A DNA stretch of 46,580 nucleotides from Octopus bimaculoides (GCF_001194135.2 NC_068984.1:17560335-17606914); one strand, 5' to 3'. Shown: positions 24,375 through 37,356, counted from the stretch's first letter. Notes: generated by a model from the sequence alone, not told the origin. Numbers and translations are program-made.

Positions 24375-24563
24375 GTGGTGGTGGTGGTGGTGGTGATGAT
24401 GGTGATGGTGATGGTGATGATGATGATGATGGTGATGNNNNNNNNNNGGTGATGGTGATGGTGATGATGATGATGATGGTGATGGTGATGGTGATGATGT
24501 TGATGATGGTGATGGTGATGATGATGATGATGAAGGTGATGGTGATGATGATGATGATAATGA

Positions 24564-24643
<80 letters not shown>

Positions 24644-25012
24644 GTGATGGTGATGATGATGATGATNNNNNNNNNNNNNNNNNNNNNNNNNNNNNNNNNN
24701 NNNNNNNNNNNNNNNNNNNNNNNNNNNNNNNNNNNNNNNNNNNNNNNNNNNNNNNNNNNNNNNNNNNNNNNNNNNNNNNNNNNNNNNNNNNNNNNNNNNN
24801 NNNNNNNNNNNNNNNNNNNNNNNNNNNNNNNNNNNNNNNNNNNNNNNNNNNNNNNNNNNNNNNNNNNNNNNNNNNNNNNNNNNNNNNNNNNNNNNNNNNN
24901 NNNNNNNNNNNNNNNNNNNNNNNNNNNNNNNNNNNNNNNNNNNNNNNNNNNNNNNNNNNNNNNNNNNNNNNNNNNNNNNNNNNNNNNNNNNNNNNNNNNN
25001 NNNNNNNNNNNN

Positions 25013-25059
<47 letters not shown>

Positions 25060-25112
25060 GTGATGGTGATGATGATGATGATGATGAAGGTGATGATGAT
25101 GAAGGTGATGAT

Positions 25113-25143
<31 letters not shown>

Positions 25144-25185
25144 AGGAGGAGGAGGATTATGATGATGATGATGAGGAGGAGGAGC
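24375..25185. repeat. (GAT)/(GGT)/(GAG) trinucleotide array with gaps
   Basis: Directly visible; source of the poly-M/D/H ORFs. Confidence 0.95.
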
Positions 25186-26464
25186 AGTTACATTCACCAA
25201 AAACCCTATGGTAAACAGGATAGAGGTAGGCTGTTTCTCATCGAATTAGATGTAAGTAGCTGCATATTCCACGGACACATTTATTTTCTGCACAATCGTT
25301 ATACAGAATCACCATTACACCTTGTGGCAAGGCCAAATCTTTGAATCACAGATATAATCCATTCGACAGGTAAGCTTCCACACAGTTTCCATTCACCAGT
25401 TTCATTCACAGTACTTTGATTGACCAGCAGTTATGGTTAAAAGACGTTTATCCAAGATAACCAGAGTGGGATCAAACTTGGGACCTTGTGACTGTCAAAC
25501 AAACTACCTAAGCATTCAGCCCTGTTGTGTGCATTTAGTCAGTGCATTACTGCATGTTCAAGATTGCATCTTACATTTTGTTGCCAATTTAACATTTATT
25601 CTATATATTTCTTGTTGGAAGAAATGTTTAACATTGACTCTGCTGGGATTTAAAATACAGAATTATTGGTTACAAACTGGTTATTAGCAATCATTAATCC
25701 CATCTTTCTTGGTTTTGCTTCTCTTACACAAGTGTAGTCTTATACAGGTCATAACTTTTATATAAGTGAAAACCATCTATATTCATTTATCTGTGTAATA
25801 TATCTTTATAGATCTCTCACTATAGCTAAACAAACCTACATTCACTTCTTTCTGAAAGGGAATATATGAGTTAACTTACGAAGCACATTAATATTTGTCT
25901 TTTATCTTCTAAGACTCATATGCATTTTGCGTATCTATTATATGTTCTTATGATGTTGGCAACTGTCATGTGAACAAGTAAATTCATGTGCTACATTTGC
26001 TCTGTGTATAAATCTTAACACATGGCTGACAATGCTCTCTGTGTGGAACATAACCACACAAAAATAAAGCCATCAAGATACAAATAATAAAAAAAGAGAG
26101 AGAAGGCAAAGAATTAACCAAGTGTGCTTTACAGATAATCAACTTAAGATTTTAACTTTCATAGTTATTATAGTCACTTGAAATGGTATGACAGAAAACA
26201 CCAATCATAACCAACCACTAGTGTAGATTTTAAACTCACAACATCAGATATGCACGTAGCTAGAATATGCTGGAGTTAATATCACAGCATAGTTAAGAAA
26301 TTTTGAAAGTCATTGAAGTACACTTGAGATGTAGACAAAATTATTGGAAAATACTTTTATACTTTCAGTACTGTAAGATCTCCAAGTTGGAGAAAAAAGT
26401 AATAAAACTTGAGAACAAACTATTAAAAATACATCATAAAACTGGCCAACAGGTCTTAGTAAAA

Positions 26465-26695
26465 CATGTTTATACTTGTTTCAGTCATTTGACTGTGGCC
26501 ATGCTGGGGCATTGCCTCGAAGAACTTTTAGATGAATGAATCAACCCCAGGACTTATTCTTTGTAAGCCTAGTACTAATTTTATTGGTATCTTTTGCTGA
26601 ACTGCTGAGTTATGGGGGATGTAAACACACCAAAACCAGTTGACAATTGGTGGTGGAGGACAAGCACAGACACAAAGATACATACACACACACAT
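26465..26695 (-). mobile_element. SINE family A 3' half
   Basis: CTTGTTTCAGTCATTTGACTGTGGCCATGCTGG...GGACAAGCACAGACAC. Confidence 0.85.
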
Positions 26696-27069
26696 GTAAA
26701 CTGTTTAAACAAAAAGCCCCTCTTAATATTTTCTTATCATTGTCAAAGATTCTATTTTTTTACCATTTTCTTATCATTATCAAAGACTGTATAACTGTAT
26801 TTTAATACAATTATGATAACCATTTTTAACACAACAAAGCTTATACAAAGCTTTACATTTTACTTTTGATAATCTTTTTTTAAAAAAGTGAAACCAGTCA
26901 AGTCAATAAACATCTTTAAAAGACCTCTGCATTTTCAAACCCTCTTTCCTATATATATATATATACACACACATATACATTCATATATATCAGAAGTAAA
27001 CACAAATGGTGTTAAAAATTTACAGCAGCTGTTTCATTAGAATTTTACTGATGTATTCATAGAAGATTA

Positions 27070-27094
27070 CATCATCATCATCATCATCATCATC

Positions 27095-27165
<71 letters not shown>

Positions 27166-27395
27166 TTAACATCCATTTGCTTTACTGGCATTGGTTGAAT
27201 GGTTTGACTGAAAACTGGTAAGTTGGGGAGCTGCACCAGATTCCAATCTGATTCGACATGGTTTCTTCAGCTGGATGTCCTTCCTAAAACCAACCACTCC
27301 AAGAGTGTAGTGGGCGCTTTTTATGCATCACTGGCACAGGTGCCAGTCATGAAACACCAGCATTTTCACTCGTGCAGTACCTTGCAAGTTTACTT

Positions 27396-27433
<38 letters not shown>

Positions 27434-27660
27434 TCATCATCATCATGCTCATCATTTAACATCTGTTTTCCATACTGGCATGGGTTGGATGGTTCAAAAA
27501 GAGCTGGTAAGCCAGAGGGCTACACCAAGCTCCATTTATCTATTTTGGCAAGGTTTCTACAGCTGAATGTCCTTCCGAATGCCAACCACTTTACAGAGTG
27601 TACTGAGTGGTCTTTACGTGGCAACAACACTGGTGCTTCCAATGTGGCACCAGCACCAGC
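27070..27660 (-). mobile_element. Two tandem RTE/SINE 3' tail copies, each with a (CAT)n tail
   Basis: Tails at about 27070-27350 and 27430-27660 share CTGGATG/AATGTCCTTCC...AACCACT. Confidence 0.8.
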
Positions 27661-28515
27661 AGGGTCACCAAGTTAGCTTGCAAGACAAAGACTTTGCAAG
27701 CTATGCATTTATACTCTGACACATATACCTCATCTTTGTATCGGTGCGCATGCAACCATCTTATTTATTTGCTCTTTTTTGCCTTCTGTAAGTATGCATC
27801 AGTGTGCATCATTTGTGTGTGTGTGAGTGTGTGTGAGTATGTGCATGCATATATAATATGTCTCCTATAATCAAAATAAAACACACCTGAGTGTATATTT
27901 TTTTTATGTAAAGTGCTTTGTAGGTTTTACTACTTTATTCATCACAATTAATGAAATTTAAACTCAACAGGGGGGAAAAAAAATTCTGAGCATAAGTGTA
28001 AAGGATGATTAATAAATAGAATAATACAAGACAAGTGTTTGTGGAGGATTAAAGAGAAAACAAGATATTAAATTATACGTAAGTATACACAATTTATTCT
28101 GAAATTGATCATAGACAATCAAAGAGTATAAAGCATTTGAATTAAGCTTGATATATCATATCGCAATAACTAAATGTCCATTTGAGTGAATCCAACAGAA
28201 CATTTTATATTTCATGCATTATGGTTTTGAGACAAGATGGAGGAGATGTGCTATTCAATAAGTGTTTCTGCAAATTGAGACAAATTTGGTTGAATTAGTA
28301 ACATAAATCTTGAACTGGCATTGATAAATTTATGGAATTTGATTATTATGATATATATTCTTCTAATAGGTATATTGACTGAGTAGTGAATGAGAGAATT
28401 TATTCTACTAAACCATTGGACATTTTTACCAAACAGAAAAAAGAAATGGTAGTGTCCACTAAGAAATGGTAAACCCTGTGAGATCATTCTCAGAATACAT
28501 TATTGTACATTTTTT

Positions 28516-28663
28516 ACATTATTTACATTCGATGGATATTTGTCCTCATTTTGTTTGTTGTTAACACAATGTTTTGGCTGATATATACTCAAGCCTTCAT
28601 CAGGTATCTTGGGGAAAATTTTGAACCTGGATTCTCATTCCTAAGGTATTTTTCGATGTTGTT
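28516..28663 (-). mobile_element. Penelope-like short repeat carrying a decayed minimal type I hammerhead motif (28563-28608)
   Basis: Minus: GATAC-CTGATGA-A-GGCTT...CAGCC-AAAA-C-ATT-GTGTT. Homologous to 30194-30339. Confidence 0.7.
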
Positions 28664-28714
28664 TTCTTTGTTGTAGGTGAGGTGCGTGAGTTTTAATTAT
28701 TTTTACACACTAAG

Positions 28715-28745
<31 letters not shown>

Positions 28746-28789
28746 TGCACACATATACATGCACCATCCTGCTAAATATAAAACACACA

Positions 28790-28792
28790 CAC

Positions 28793-28859
<67 letters not shown>

Positions 28860-28865
28860 TAATAA
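28790..28865. repeat. (AAT)n array directly upstream of the R4/Dong fragment
   Basis: Directly visible. Confidence 0.95.
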
Positions 28866-29572
28866 TAAAAACAAGATAATAGGTATTAACACTTTAGCCG
28901 TCCCAGTTATAAGTTACAGCTACAATATTCTTAACTGGACACTAAATGAACTTACGAAAATAGACAGGAAAACAAGAAAAATAATGACAGGATCTAGGAT
29001 GCACCACCCAAAATCTGACATAGAAAGGCTATATATACAACGCACAGAAGGTGGCAGGGGTCTTTTACAGCTAGAAAACTATTATAAAATAACCACCATA
29101 AGACTGCAAAAATACCTACTCCAAAAGCAATGGAAACTAATACAAACAGCCACAAAACCCGAGCAAAACAAAAAACTGTTTTCAGTGTTTAAGGAAGCTG
29201 ACAAATACAAACAAGAAATCATACTACCTAACAAACATGAAGAAGAAGAAGAAACAACAAAAGCTATAAAACAAACGAAATCCAAACTAAAACTAGAACA
29301 GCAATGGACCATGATAAAATGATGGCAAGAAAAGCCCCTACATGGTAAATACTGGGCTAAACTAAATGCAAAAGAAATAAACAGAGAAAAATCCCAGCAA
29401 TGGTTGAGAAGCTCAGGACTCAAAGCAGAGACTGAAGGATTTTTAATTGCTGCAGAAGACAAAAGCCTCCCCACCAGAAATTACCAAAAACATATAATGA
29501 AAAAACAGAAACATAACAAGTAACTGCAGAATATGTGGTGATGGACAAGAAACAATAAATCATATTATCTCT
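28866..29572 (+). mobile_element. R4/Dong-like non-LTR retrotransposon ORF fragment (RT thumb to zinc knuckle), running into a gap
   Basis: KNKIIGINTLAVPVISYS...IDRKTRKIMT...MHHPKSDIERLYIQRTEGGRGL...*WQEKPLHGKY...LKAETEGFLIAAEDKSLPTRNYQ...CRICGDGQETINHIIS. One in-frame stop and a late frameshift. Confidence 0.9.
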
Positions 29573-30037
29573 NNNNNNNNNNNNNNNNNNNNNNNNNNNN
29601 NNNNNNNNNNNNNNNNNNNNNNNNNNNNNNNNNNNNNNNNNNNNNNNNNNNNNNNNNNNNNNNNNNNNNNNNNNNNNNNNNNNNNNNNNNNNNNNNNNNN
29701 NNNNNNNNNNNNNNNNNNNNNNNNNNNNNNNNNNNNNNNNNNNNNNNNNNNNNNNNNNNNNNNNNNNNNNNNNNNNNNNNNNNNNNNNNNNNNNNNNNNN
29801 NNNNNNNNNNNNNNNNNNNNNNNNNNNNNNNNNNNNNNNNNNNNNNNNNNNNNNNNNNNNNNNNNNNNNNNNNNNNNNNNNNNNNNNNNNNNNNNNNNNN
29901 NNNNNNNNNNNNNNNNNNNNNNNNNNNNNNNNNNNNNNNNNNNNNNNNNNNNNNNNNNNNNNNNNNNNNNNNNNNNNNNNNNNNNNNNNNNNNNNNNNNN
30001 NNNNNNNNNNNNNNNNNNNNNNNNNNNNNNNNNNNNN

Positions 30038-30193
<156 letters not shown>

Positions 30194-30339
30194 ACAACAT
30201 TGAAAAATACCTTAGGAATGAGAACCCAGGTTCGAAATTTCCCCAAGACACCTGATGAAGGCTGGAGGGTGTATCAGCCAAAATGTTGTGTTAACAACAA
30301 ACAAGATGAGGACAAATATCTGTCGAATGTAAATAATGT
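30194..30339 (+). mobile_element. Penelope-like short repeat carrying a decayed minimal type I hammerhead motif (30247-30292)
   Basis: GACAC-CTGATGA-A-GGCTG-(10 nt)-CAGCC-AAAA-T-GTT-GTGTT. Stem I is GACAC/GTGTT and stem II is GGCTG/CAGCC; core G12 is mutated to A. Confidence 0.75.
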
Positions 30340-30479
30340 CAGTCATGTTCAATTAATAAATTGTAATATCTGTTTCTCCTTCCCTCTGTCTGTCTGTCTC
30401 TGTCTCTGTCTGTCTGCCTGTCTCTGTCTCTGCCTGTCTGTCTCTCCTTTATTCTTTCCATCTGTATTTGTACATTTCT

Positions 30480-30660
30480 GCAAGCATGCACATCTTTGTG
30501 TGTTTCCTTCCAGCACCAAAGAGTTCTGTTACCAAAACAAGCTGAATGTCCAGTCAGCCATGCTAAATCATCAGCATTCAAACAGCCATGGGCAATTGTG
30601 CTATCTATTCTGCTAAGCAGGCTGTATCTGTTATTCCATAGCCATCTTATGCACATATAT
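30480..30660 (-). mobile_element. Possible degraded RT fragment
   Basis: LNADDLAWLT resembles the YADDLALL RT motif; little support in the flanks. Confidence 0.3.
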
Positions 30661-32034
30661 ATCGTAGATATTCATCATAGAAATAGCTGAAATGTAGTGG
30701 ACTGACTGATTTCAAAAACTAAAAGTTTACAGTAGAGGAGTTGTGGAACATTTTGGAACAAGTGGTGATGTAATGTTTTATTAGTCTGTAGAGATATTGG
30801 CTCCTAAGTGTTAAGTATTTAAAAATTAATAAAAATAAAAATAATCAGAGTCAATAGTTTGGTCAGTGAAATGAACTAGAAACTGGACCAACAGTGTATG
30901 CAGTTCAGTATGGGGAATGAATCAGTTTTAAGACCAGCAGATATGAGAGGAATAAGAGTTGAGGAACTCAGGAATATTGAAACTGCTGAATGTAGAGAAG
31001 AGAGCTGAAGTGGATTTTCTCAATAGAGGCTGAAAGATGGTCAAATAATTAGTTTCGGTCAAGTGTTATAGAAATAATGCATGCACTTTTTATACAGAGG
31101 AGGTGAGATTTCTAACCAACCAGAGTGACTTGTTATTTATAAGTAAATTTGATGGATGGGTGAAGCAAATTGACTGTGTGTGAATGAAAACAAGCGTTTT
31201 TACAAACAGTTATGACACAGGGTGTAAACATGATTGCGTAAACTGGTCTTAGATAGAAGGTGGATGATCTTTGGCTTAGAAAGACAATGAGACGTTGCAT
31301 GTTAGGAGATAATAGCTAAAGTTTGGTTGAAAAGGAATCCATAGAAATTTGTGTATAAAATGGGTAAGTGTATAGCTGTAAGCAAATGAAAGAAGTTTAT
31401 CCAAAAATGCCATAAAAGCAGCTGTTTTCAAAAATAATTGTCAGACAATTTTATTTATAAAATTCTATAGTTTGAAGAATAATAAAATTTCACACTTTTT
31501 CATTCCCCTTTAAAACTTTAAATTTGAATTCTAGAAACATAACAAATGCTGAAAACTTGAAGACCAGTTACAGTGAATTTCAAAAGCTGTGGAGAATGGG
31601 AAAATACTGTAGCATAGCACACAAGAAAGAGCAACCAATGGCTCATTTATTGAATAGATTGCTCATAGGGAATTGCAGGAAAAATATTTAAAAACTCAAA
31701 AGACAGCAAAAAATGTATGGAGTAATGCCTTTGTAATAGGAGGCTTTTTGCAATATTTCCATGGATACTTAAAGAGTGTACTTGGTCATTGATGAAATCC
31801 CAACACTGGATTGAAATTACTCCAGCTGATTCTTGCTTTTCTGTCCATGAAAACATTCCATATAAAGAAGACTTGTACATAAATTGTTAGTTAAAATCTA
31901 TGGGTATAATACTCTGCAGAATATTATGGCATTGAAACACAACATTGTTTATGACCCAGCAATGTATTCATCAAAATGGCTTCTAAGTAAATTATGTGTC
32001 ATAAATGAAAATCAGCATGTCTCAAATAGTTGGT

Positions 32035-32698
32035 GGATTGAGAATTTCTCAGCATTCCTGACACATGTCTTCCATTCTTCTCTGTCTTTCATGACGTTTT
32101 AAAGCTTTTGGATAGTGCATCCACTGTCTTCAAGCAATTGGTTGATTAGGCTTTTTTGATCTACCTCTTCTCTGTTTACTACAAGAAAGTTGCCATAGAA
32201 GAATTTCAGCCACTAGCTCCTCCTTGTTACACCAACAGCGACCAATAAATATCCACCTGCACTTTCATATTGTCTCTGTGAGGTATGGGATGTCTTGGTA
32301 TAACTCTTTTTGTCAGTCATGTGTTGATGCCATGAGATATTTACAACAGCACAGAGCTCTCTTGTGTGAGTACCATTTAGAGTTTTCTTCAAGGGAACTT
32401 CAAGTGTCTATAAGCTAAAATTGATTTAACAACAGCTTTAAAGAAGTCTATTTTCATTTTTTGGGGAAAAATTAGATTTCCATATCTTCTCCAAATAGTT
32501 AAGTGATCCACATACTTTATTTATTCTGGGTTCTATATAACCCTTGGAGTGCTGCAAGGGTATACCCTCATACAGTACTTTTTCATCATATGCTTTGACT
32601 GTGTACTAAGAAGAGCATAAAATTTTTAAGAATCACTAAGGTTTCACTCTTTCACAGAAAGTGTAATATATATCTTGCAAGGAAAATTACAGATGCAG
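32035..32698 (-). mobile_element. Old RTE-clade LINE fragment with inversion: C-terminus on minus (about 32035-32415), RT core on plus (about 32460-32698)
   Basis: Minus: LKKTLNGTHTRELCAVVNISWHQHMT, KELYQDIP, EELVAEILLWQ, LINQLLEDSGC, VMKDREEWK. Plus: GVLQGYTLIQYFFIICFDCVLRRA, GFTLSQ, ARKITDA. Confidence 0.8.
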
Positions 32699-32849
32699 TA
32701 ATAATCACCAAGGAATATTTAGAATGCTTAAACCTTTGGTAAGTTTAAAAGTGTCACCTTATGAAGTTAGACAGAATATGTGATCAGTTATAAAGTCCCA
32801 ACTCAATATTGAAATTAATCTGATTGATCTCATCTTTCTGTCCATGAAA

Positions 32850-33165
32850 CTACCATAAAACAACACTGCACCCATGACTTTCGGAAACATTTTTTCATGC
32901 TCAGAATTACTGAAGGATAGAATAAACTACCTTGCATCAGTTGTTAGCTTTTGGAACACTACATCCTTCAAAACTTCCATGCTTCCTGAAATTTTCCCAT
33001 GGTAGACCTGATGTCCCCACCACCTTTTTTTTTTATTTATTTAAACAACTCATTCACTGTTCCTTTCCTGTGCATTATTCTGTGTACTGTATATACACTT
33101 TTGGTGACCTTTTCTAATGAGTTGTAGTACACCTGAGCACTGTATACAATAAATCCATTATTACT
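32850..33165 (+). mobile_element. CR1-like LINE 3' end
   Basis: HCTHDFRKHFFMLRITEG*NKLP...SFKTSMLPEI plus a 3' UTR homologous to 42950-43140. Confidence 0.75.
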
Positions 33166-33823
33166 ATATATATAAAAGACAAGGTATGTATATCTGTCTA
33201 CAACAAACTGTGTTGGTCGAAATATATAGATATATTCTGTTATACAGAATAGGATATATATTGTTTGGCTGTTTGACTAACATGCTTGTGTTTCCTATGA
33301 AACTCAGCTGAATTAGTTTTATTTTAACCATTGAACAGATGACAGAATTAATGTCAATATTTGTTTCATATCAACTGTTCAAAAAATATTTTTGAAAAGT
33401 CTCACTAAATTTACTATTATTTAAACATGCACAATCAAATCTTTAATGAGTTGAATGAAGACAGCCATATATGTCAACTGTATTAGAATTTAATAATGTT
33501 TTGAAGAGAATAGAAAACAGGAAAAAATAAATTAGATATCTTACTACTTTGCTCTTTACCACAAGGGAATTGGAAAATTCCTTTCTGAGAATGGTGATAA
33601 TAAATCATTTTGTAAAAAGCATTCAAATTGTAGCTAATTGGCCATGTTATCCAATAATAAAAATATAAATTTCTTTTTCATTAATTCATAGATGTTGTTA
33701 GTGATGGAAATAAATTTCAAATTATTTTGAATAGCTTTAAGTCAAAACACAAATACCTATTAACATTGCTCCTCAAATTTGTTTTGAGGAGGCTTGGGGT
33801 TACATAAGAAGATATCTTGCTTT

Positions 33824-34095
33824 GGTGAAATCGACTTCACATTCAAATAAAAATATGTGAGTGTAGACATGGTTGTGCATTTATTTATTCTGTAAGGTTG
33901 ACTTCATACTCAACTAGAAGTAGTGTGTGAGCGCAGGCATGGCTGTGCTATTGGTTATTTGGGGTGAGATTGATTTGACACAGAAGTACAAGTAGTGAGT
34001 GAGTGCAGGTATGATGTTTAGTTATCTATTTATGGCGAGACTGACTTCACACTCAATAAAGTAATATATGAGTGCAGGTATGGCTGTGCAGTTAA
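33824..34095 (+). repeat. Tandem repeat of about 70 bp, 4 copies, each ending in the first bases of a SINE family A head
   Basis: The GAC/TTTC/G anchor recurs at 33833, 33900, 33972 and 34043. The last unit continues into a SINE head (34068-34230). Confidence 0.75.
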
Positions 34096-34499
34096 GCAGT
34101 TTGCTATGCAGATTTATCATTTCAAGTTTGATTGTAGTTATATTTCAAGGACATTCTACAACAACCTTCAGCCTTGTGAGTGAAATCTGTCAGCTTACAT
34201 CTACATGGAAGCATGTCAGAGAGTCTATTATTATTCTTAGGGGTGATAGGCATAATATTTTGCTTAGTTGAACACCACTACCTATACCTTGGCCATCATC
34301 AGTGGTAGAATCCAATCTGTTGTAAGAATTCAGGCTTGGTCACCAATCTAGAACGTGTTTCATTTCTTATACAAGTCTCAGGTAATCAGAAAAAAAGTTT
34401 TAGATTTTGTCCTTCCTGTTCCAACAAGTTATTGAAGAAAAAAAAAAGATTAATTGTAAAGATTAATATCATAACTATTGATTGATTAATTGATGATGA

Positions 34500-35385
34500 G
34501 GATGGAGACGTGGGATGAAGTGGTAAGGACAAATCTCAGGATGTTGGGCCTCATGGAGGAAATGACAATGGACTGAGATGTCTGTCAATATGAGGTTCTT
34601 GAGAAGAACCACCCATATCAGAAAAACCACCCACACTTAACAAGAAAACCTCTCACACACACTACCTCAACGAACTAATCTACATCTCTACATCTCTTCT
34701 TCTCTTTCTCACATTTCCTCCTTCATACACTATGCCTAGCTCTTACTCCTCAATCCTGTCCTCACAGCCCTGTTTCTCTGTATCATTGCTATCCGGTAGT
34801 CCCCCCCCCCACCGTCCACTCTATATATATCCAGGTTCTTACCACTCACTTCCTCCCCCCTCCACACTCTCTAATCTTGCTTCTTTTGCAATATCCTGCC
34901 ACTTAACCATCCCATTTTGCCACCATCTCTATCCTGCTATCTCCCACTCTCTCTCTCTCTCTCTCTCTCCTTCTCCTGCTCTTCCCTCAGGTTGGGTAAC
35001 CATGTATCTCCTTGGCAGCAGAACACCTGTTTCTGTCTTCATTCCTGATCTGCGTCTCTCTGGACAGGTGACCTTATACCTCCTTTACAACAAAACACCT
35101 GTTTCTGCCTCTCTGTCTCACTATAACCTTTCATCATCTGACACAAGATCACCTCCTCCAATGCCCCTCCCCTCTAAAAATATTTTTGACTTGCAGGTTA
35201 CTTGTTGACCTTGTCAGTGCAGGTGCCACTTAAAAAGCACCCAGCCCACACTATAGAGTGGTTGGTGTTGGGAAGAGCATCCAGCTGTAAAAATCATGTC
35301 AAAACAAAAGTCTGGTGCAGGCTTCTGTCAAACCGTCCCACCCATGCCAGCATGGAAGGTGGACATTAAACAATGATGATGAGGG

Positions 35386-35424
<39 letters not shown>

Positions 35425-35470
35425 CACTAATGATGGCAACTACGATGATGATGGTAACTATGATGATGAT
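34500..35470 (+). mobile_element. RTE LINE 3' end with long 3' UTR and (GAT)n tail
   Basis: TWDEVVRTNLRMLGLMEEMTMD, and a 3' UTR colinear with the reverse complement of 16930-17480. Confidence 0.85.
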
Positions 35471-35606
35471 GATGACAATGATGGCACCACCACCAACAAC
35501 AACAGCAACAACAATGACGGCAATGGTACCACTTACTGCCAGTGACGATACATAAATGCCATTATTTTACTATTGTCAGGACAATCAGCACTTGGTGCCA
35601 AATAAT

Positions 35607-35824
35607 CCTTTCTACTATAGGCACAAGGTCTGAAATTTTGGGGTAGAGGGGCTAGTTGATTACATCGACCCCTGTGCATTACTGGTACTTATTTCATCGA
35701 CCCTGAAAAGATGAAAGGCAAAGTCAATCTCGGTGGAATTTGGATTCAGAATATAAGGAAGGACAAAATGTTGCTAAGCATTTTGCCTGGCATTCTAATG
35801 ATTCTGCCAGCTCACCATCTTAGC
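35607..35824 (-). mobile_element. SINE family B with a 14-bp TSD
   Basis: TGGTGCCAAATAAT at 35593-35606 and 35825-35838; body matches 37357-37573. Confidence 0.88.
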
Positions 35825-35971
35825 TGGTGCCAAATAATAGCAACATTCCTGAATCTGAAACCCCCTCCTCTTTGATACTTGTTTGTTAAGTCTGTTACTG
35901 AGAGTGAAAGATGTTAAAGAAACTTAGGAATCATATCCAGTTGTTTAAACTCAGGTTATTCCTCATCTAAA

Positions 35972-36353
35972 TGAAGGCGTAGTGGCCCAATGGTTAGGGC
36001 ATCGGACTCGCGGTCATAGGATCGCGGTTTAGATTCCCAGACCGGGCGTTGTGAGTGTTTATTGAGCGAAAACACCTAAAACTCCACGAGGCCCGGCAGG
36101 GGGTGGGTGGCGAACCCTGCTGTACTTTTTCACAACAACTTTCTCTCGCTCTTACTTCCTGTTTCTGTTGTGACTGTAATTCAAAGGGTCAGCCTTGTCA
36201 CACTGTGTCACGCTGAATATCCCCGAGAACTACGTTAAGGGTACACGTGTGTGTGGAGTGCTCATCCACTTGCACGTTAATTTAATGAGCAGGCTGTGCC
36301 ATTGATCGGATCAACTGGAACCCTCGACGTCGTAAGCGACGGAGTGCCAAAAA
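35972..36353 (+). mobile_element. Young full-length tRNA-derived SINE, family C, with a perfect 14-bp TSD
   Basis: A box TGGCCCAATGG at 35983-35993; degenerate B box GTTTAGATTCC at about 36027-36037; many intact CpGs; TSD ATTCCTCATCTAAA at 35958-35971 and 36354-36367. Confidence 0.93.
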
Positions 36354-37356
36354 ATTCCTCATCTAAAAGACTTATCATCAAACACAATCCAGCTTTAGCC
36401 ATCTCAAGTGTTTTATTTTTTTAGATGTTGAGTGTATTTAGGACCACATTATCCAATGTGTTTGCCTTTTCTTAAATATTGCAGACAGAGAAGTTTGGCT
36501 GCTGCTTCTCTCCCCTTAGCTCACGGCTATCGCATTAGTTCAACTCTCCTGGTAGCATACTATGGTGAATAAGGCAAACTTGAACTTATTAGCCGCAGGA
36601 ATTCTATTTACTTAGTTTCATTGAAGAATGGAAAGTAGTATGATTGTGTAAAAGATACATATACAACTGATTACTTATTCTAGACACAAATGCAAAAACC
36701 TGGAGTAGATCTCTGAATAAGAATTGCTTATTAAGATCTTTCCAAAGAAATATTTTCACTCATAATATTGGTGCCAAATTAATCGACGTTTGAATTATGT
36801 TTTAGAAATAGAAAATCCAAAAGCAAACTATTTGAAGTATAAAGGAACCAAAGAACAAGGAAAAAAATGTATTTTGTAAAATAAAATGATGAAATTCATT
36901 CTGTAGGAAGATAAAGTGAAATGTAATGGCTAGAAGCTATTTTCTGAAGAGTACTGATTAATTTTACGCTTTGCCTACAGCTGTAGGAGATAAGTCAAAC
37001 TGTCTACCATTTTATAACATCAGTTGAAATTGGTGGTGGAAGAAAAATTCATTGATTTCAATGATGTTATAATGACTTTATAAGACTAGCAAAATTTAGT
37101 AAGACATATTGGATTATTTGATTTTATCTGGATTGATTTGGTGATTATTTTATTTATTTTGTGGTGAAAAAAAACAATTTAGAACTTAAACTTTTGAGTT
37201 AGCATTGCCAATCTGATGCTACCCTAGTAGCTTTTGTAACAACAGTTTATATCAAATTGTATCTTTAATTTGAAGTGCTTTATCATCACTGATCAAGTCC
37301 ACCTGGTACATTTATGTTCACATTACTTATTTACCACCTTAAATAAGTAACATGTA

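Noticed and set aside
24332-25226. Acidic or low-complexity protein exon (G/D/E runs)
   Set aside because: Pure trinucleotide expansion broken by gaps, with no polypyrimidine acceptor. The nearby GTAAGT donors at about 24360 and 25250 lack a supported exon.
28759-29322. Host gene (187-aa ORF)
   Set aside because: It is an R4/Dong-like retrotransposon ORF fused to translated (AAT)n.
34270-34310. CTGATGATGGCC on minus as a hammerhead
   Set aside because: There is no GAAA, and the visible inverted repeat overlaps the core itself.
35972-36050. tRNA gene
   Set aside because: The tRNA-like head continues into a SINE body with a TSD and gives no convincing cloverleaf. The same applies to the other SINE heads.
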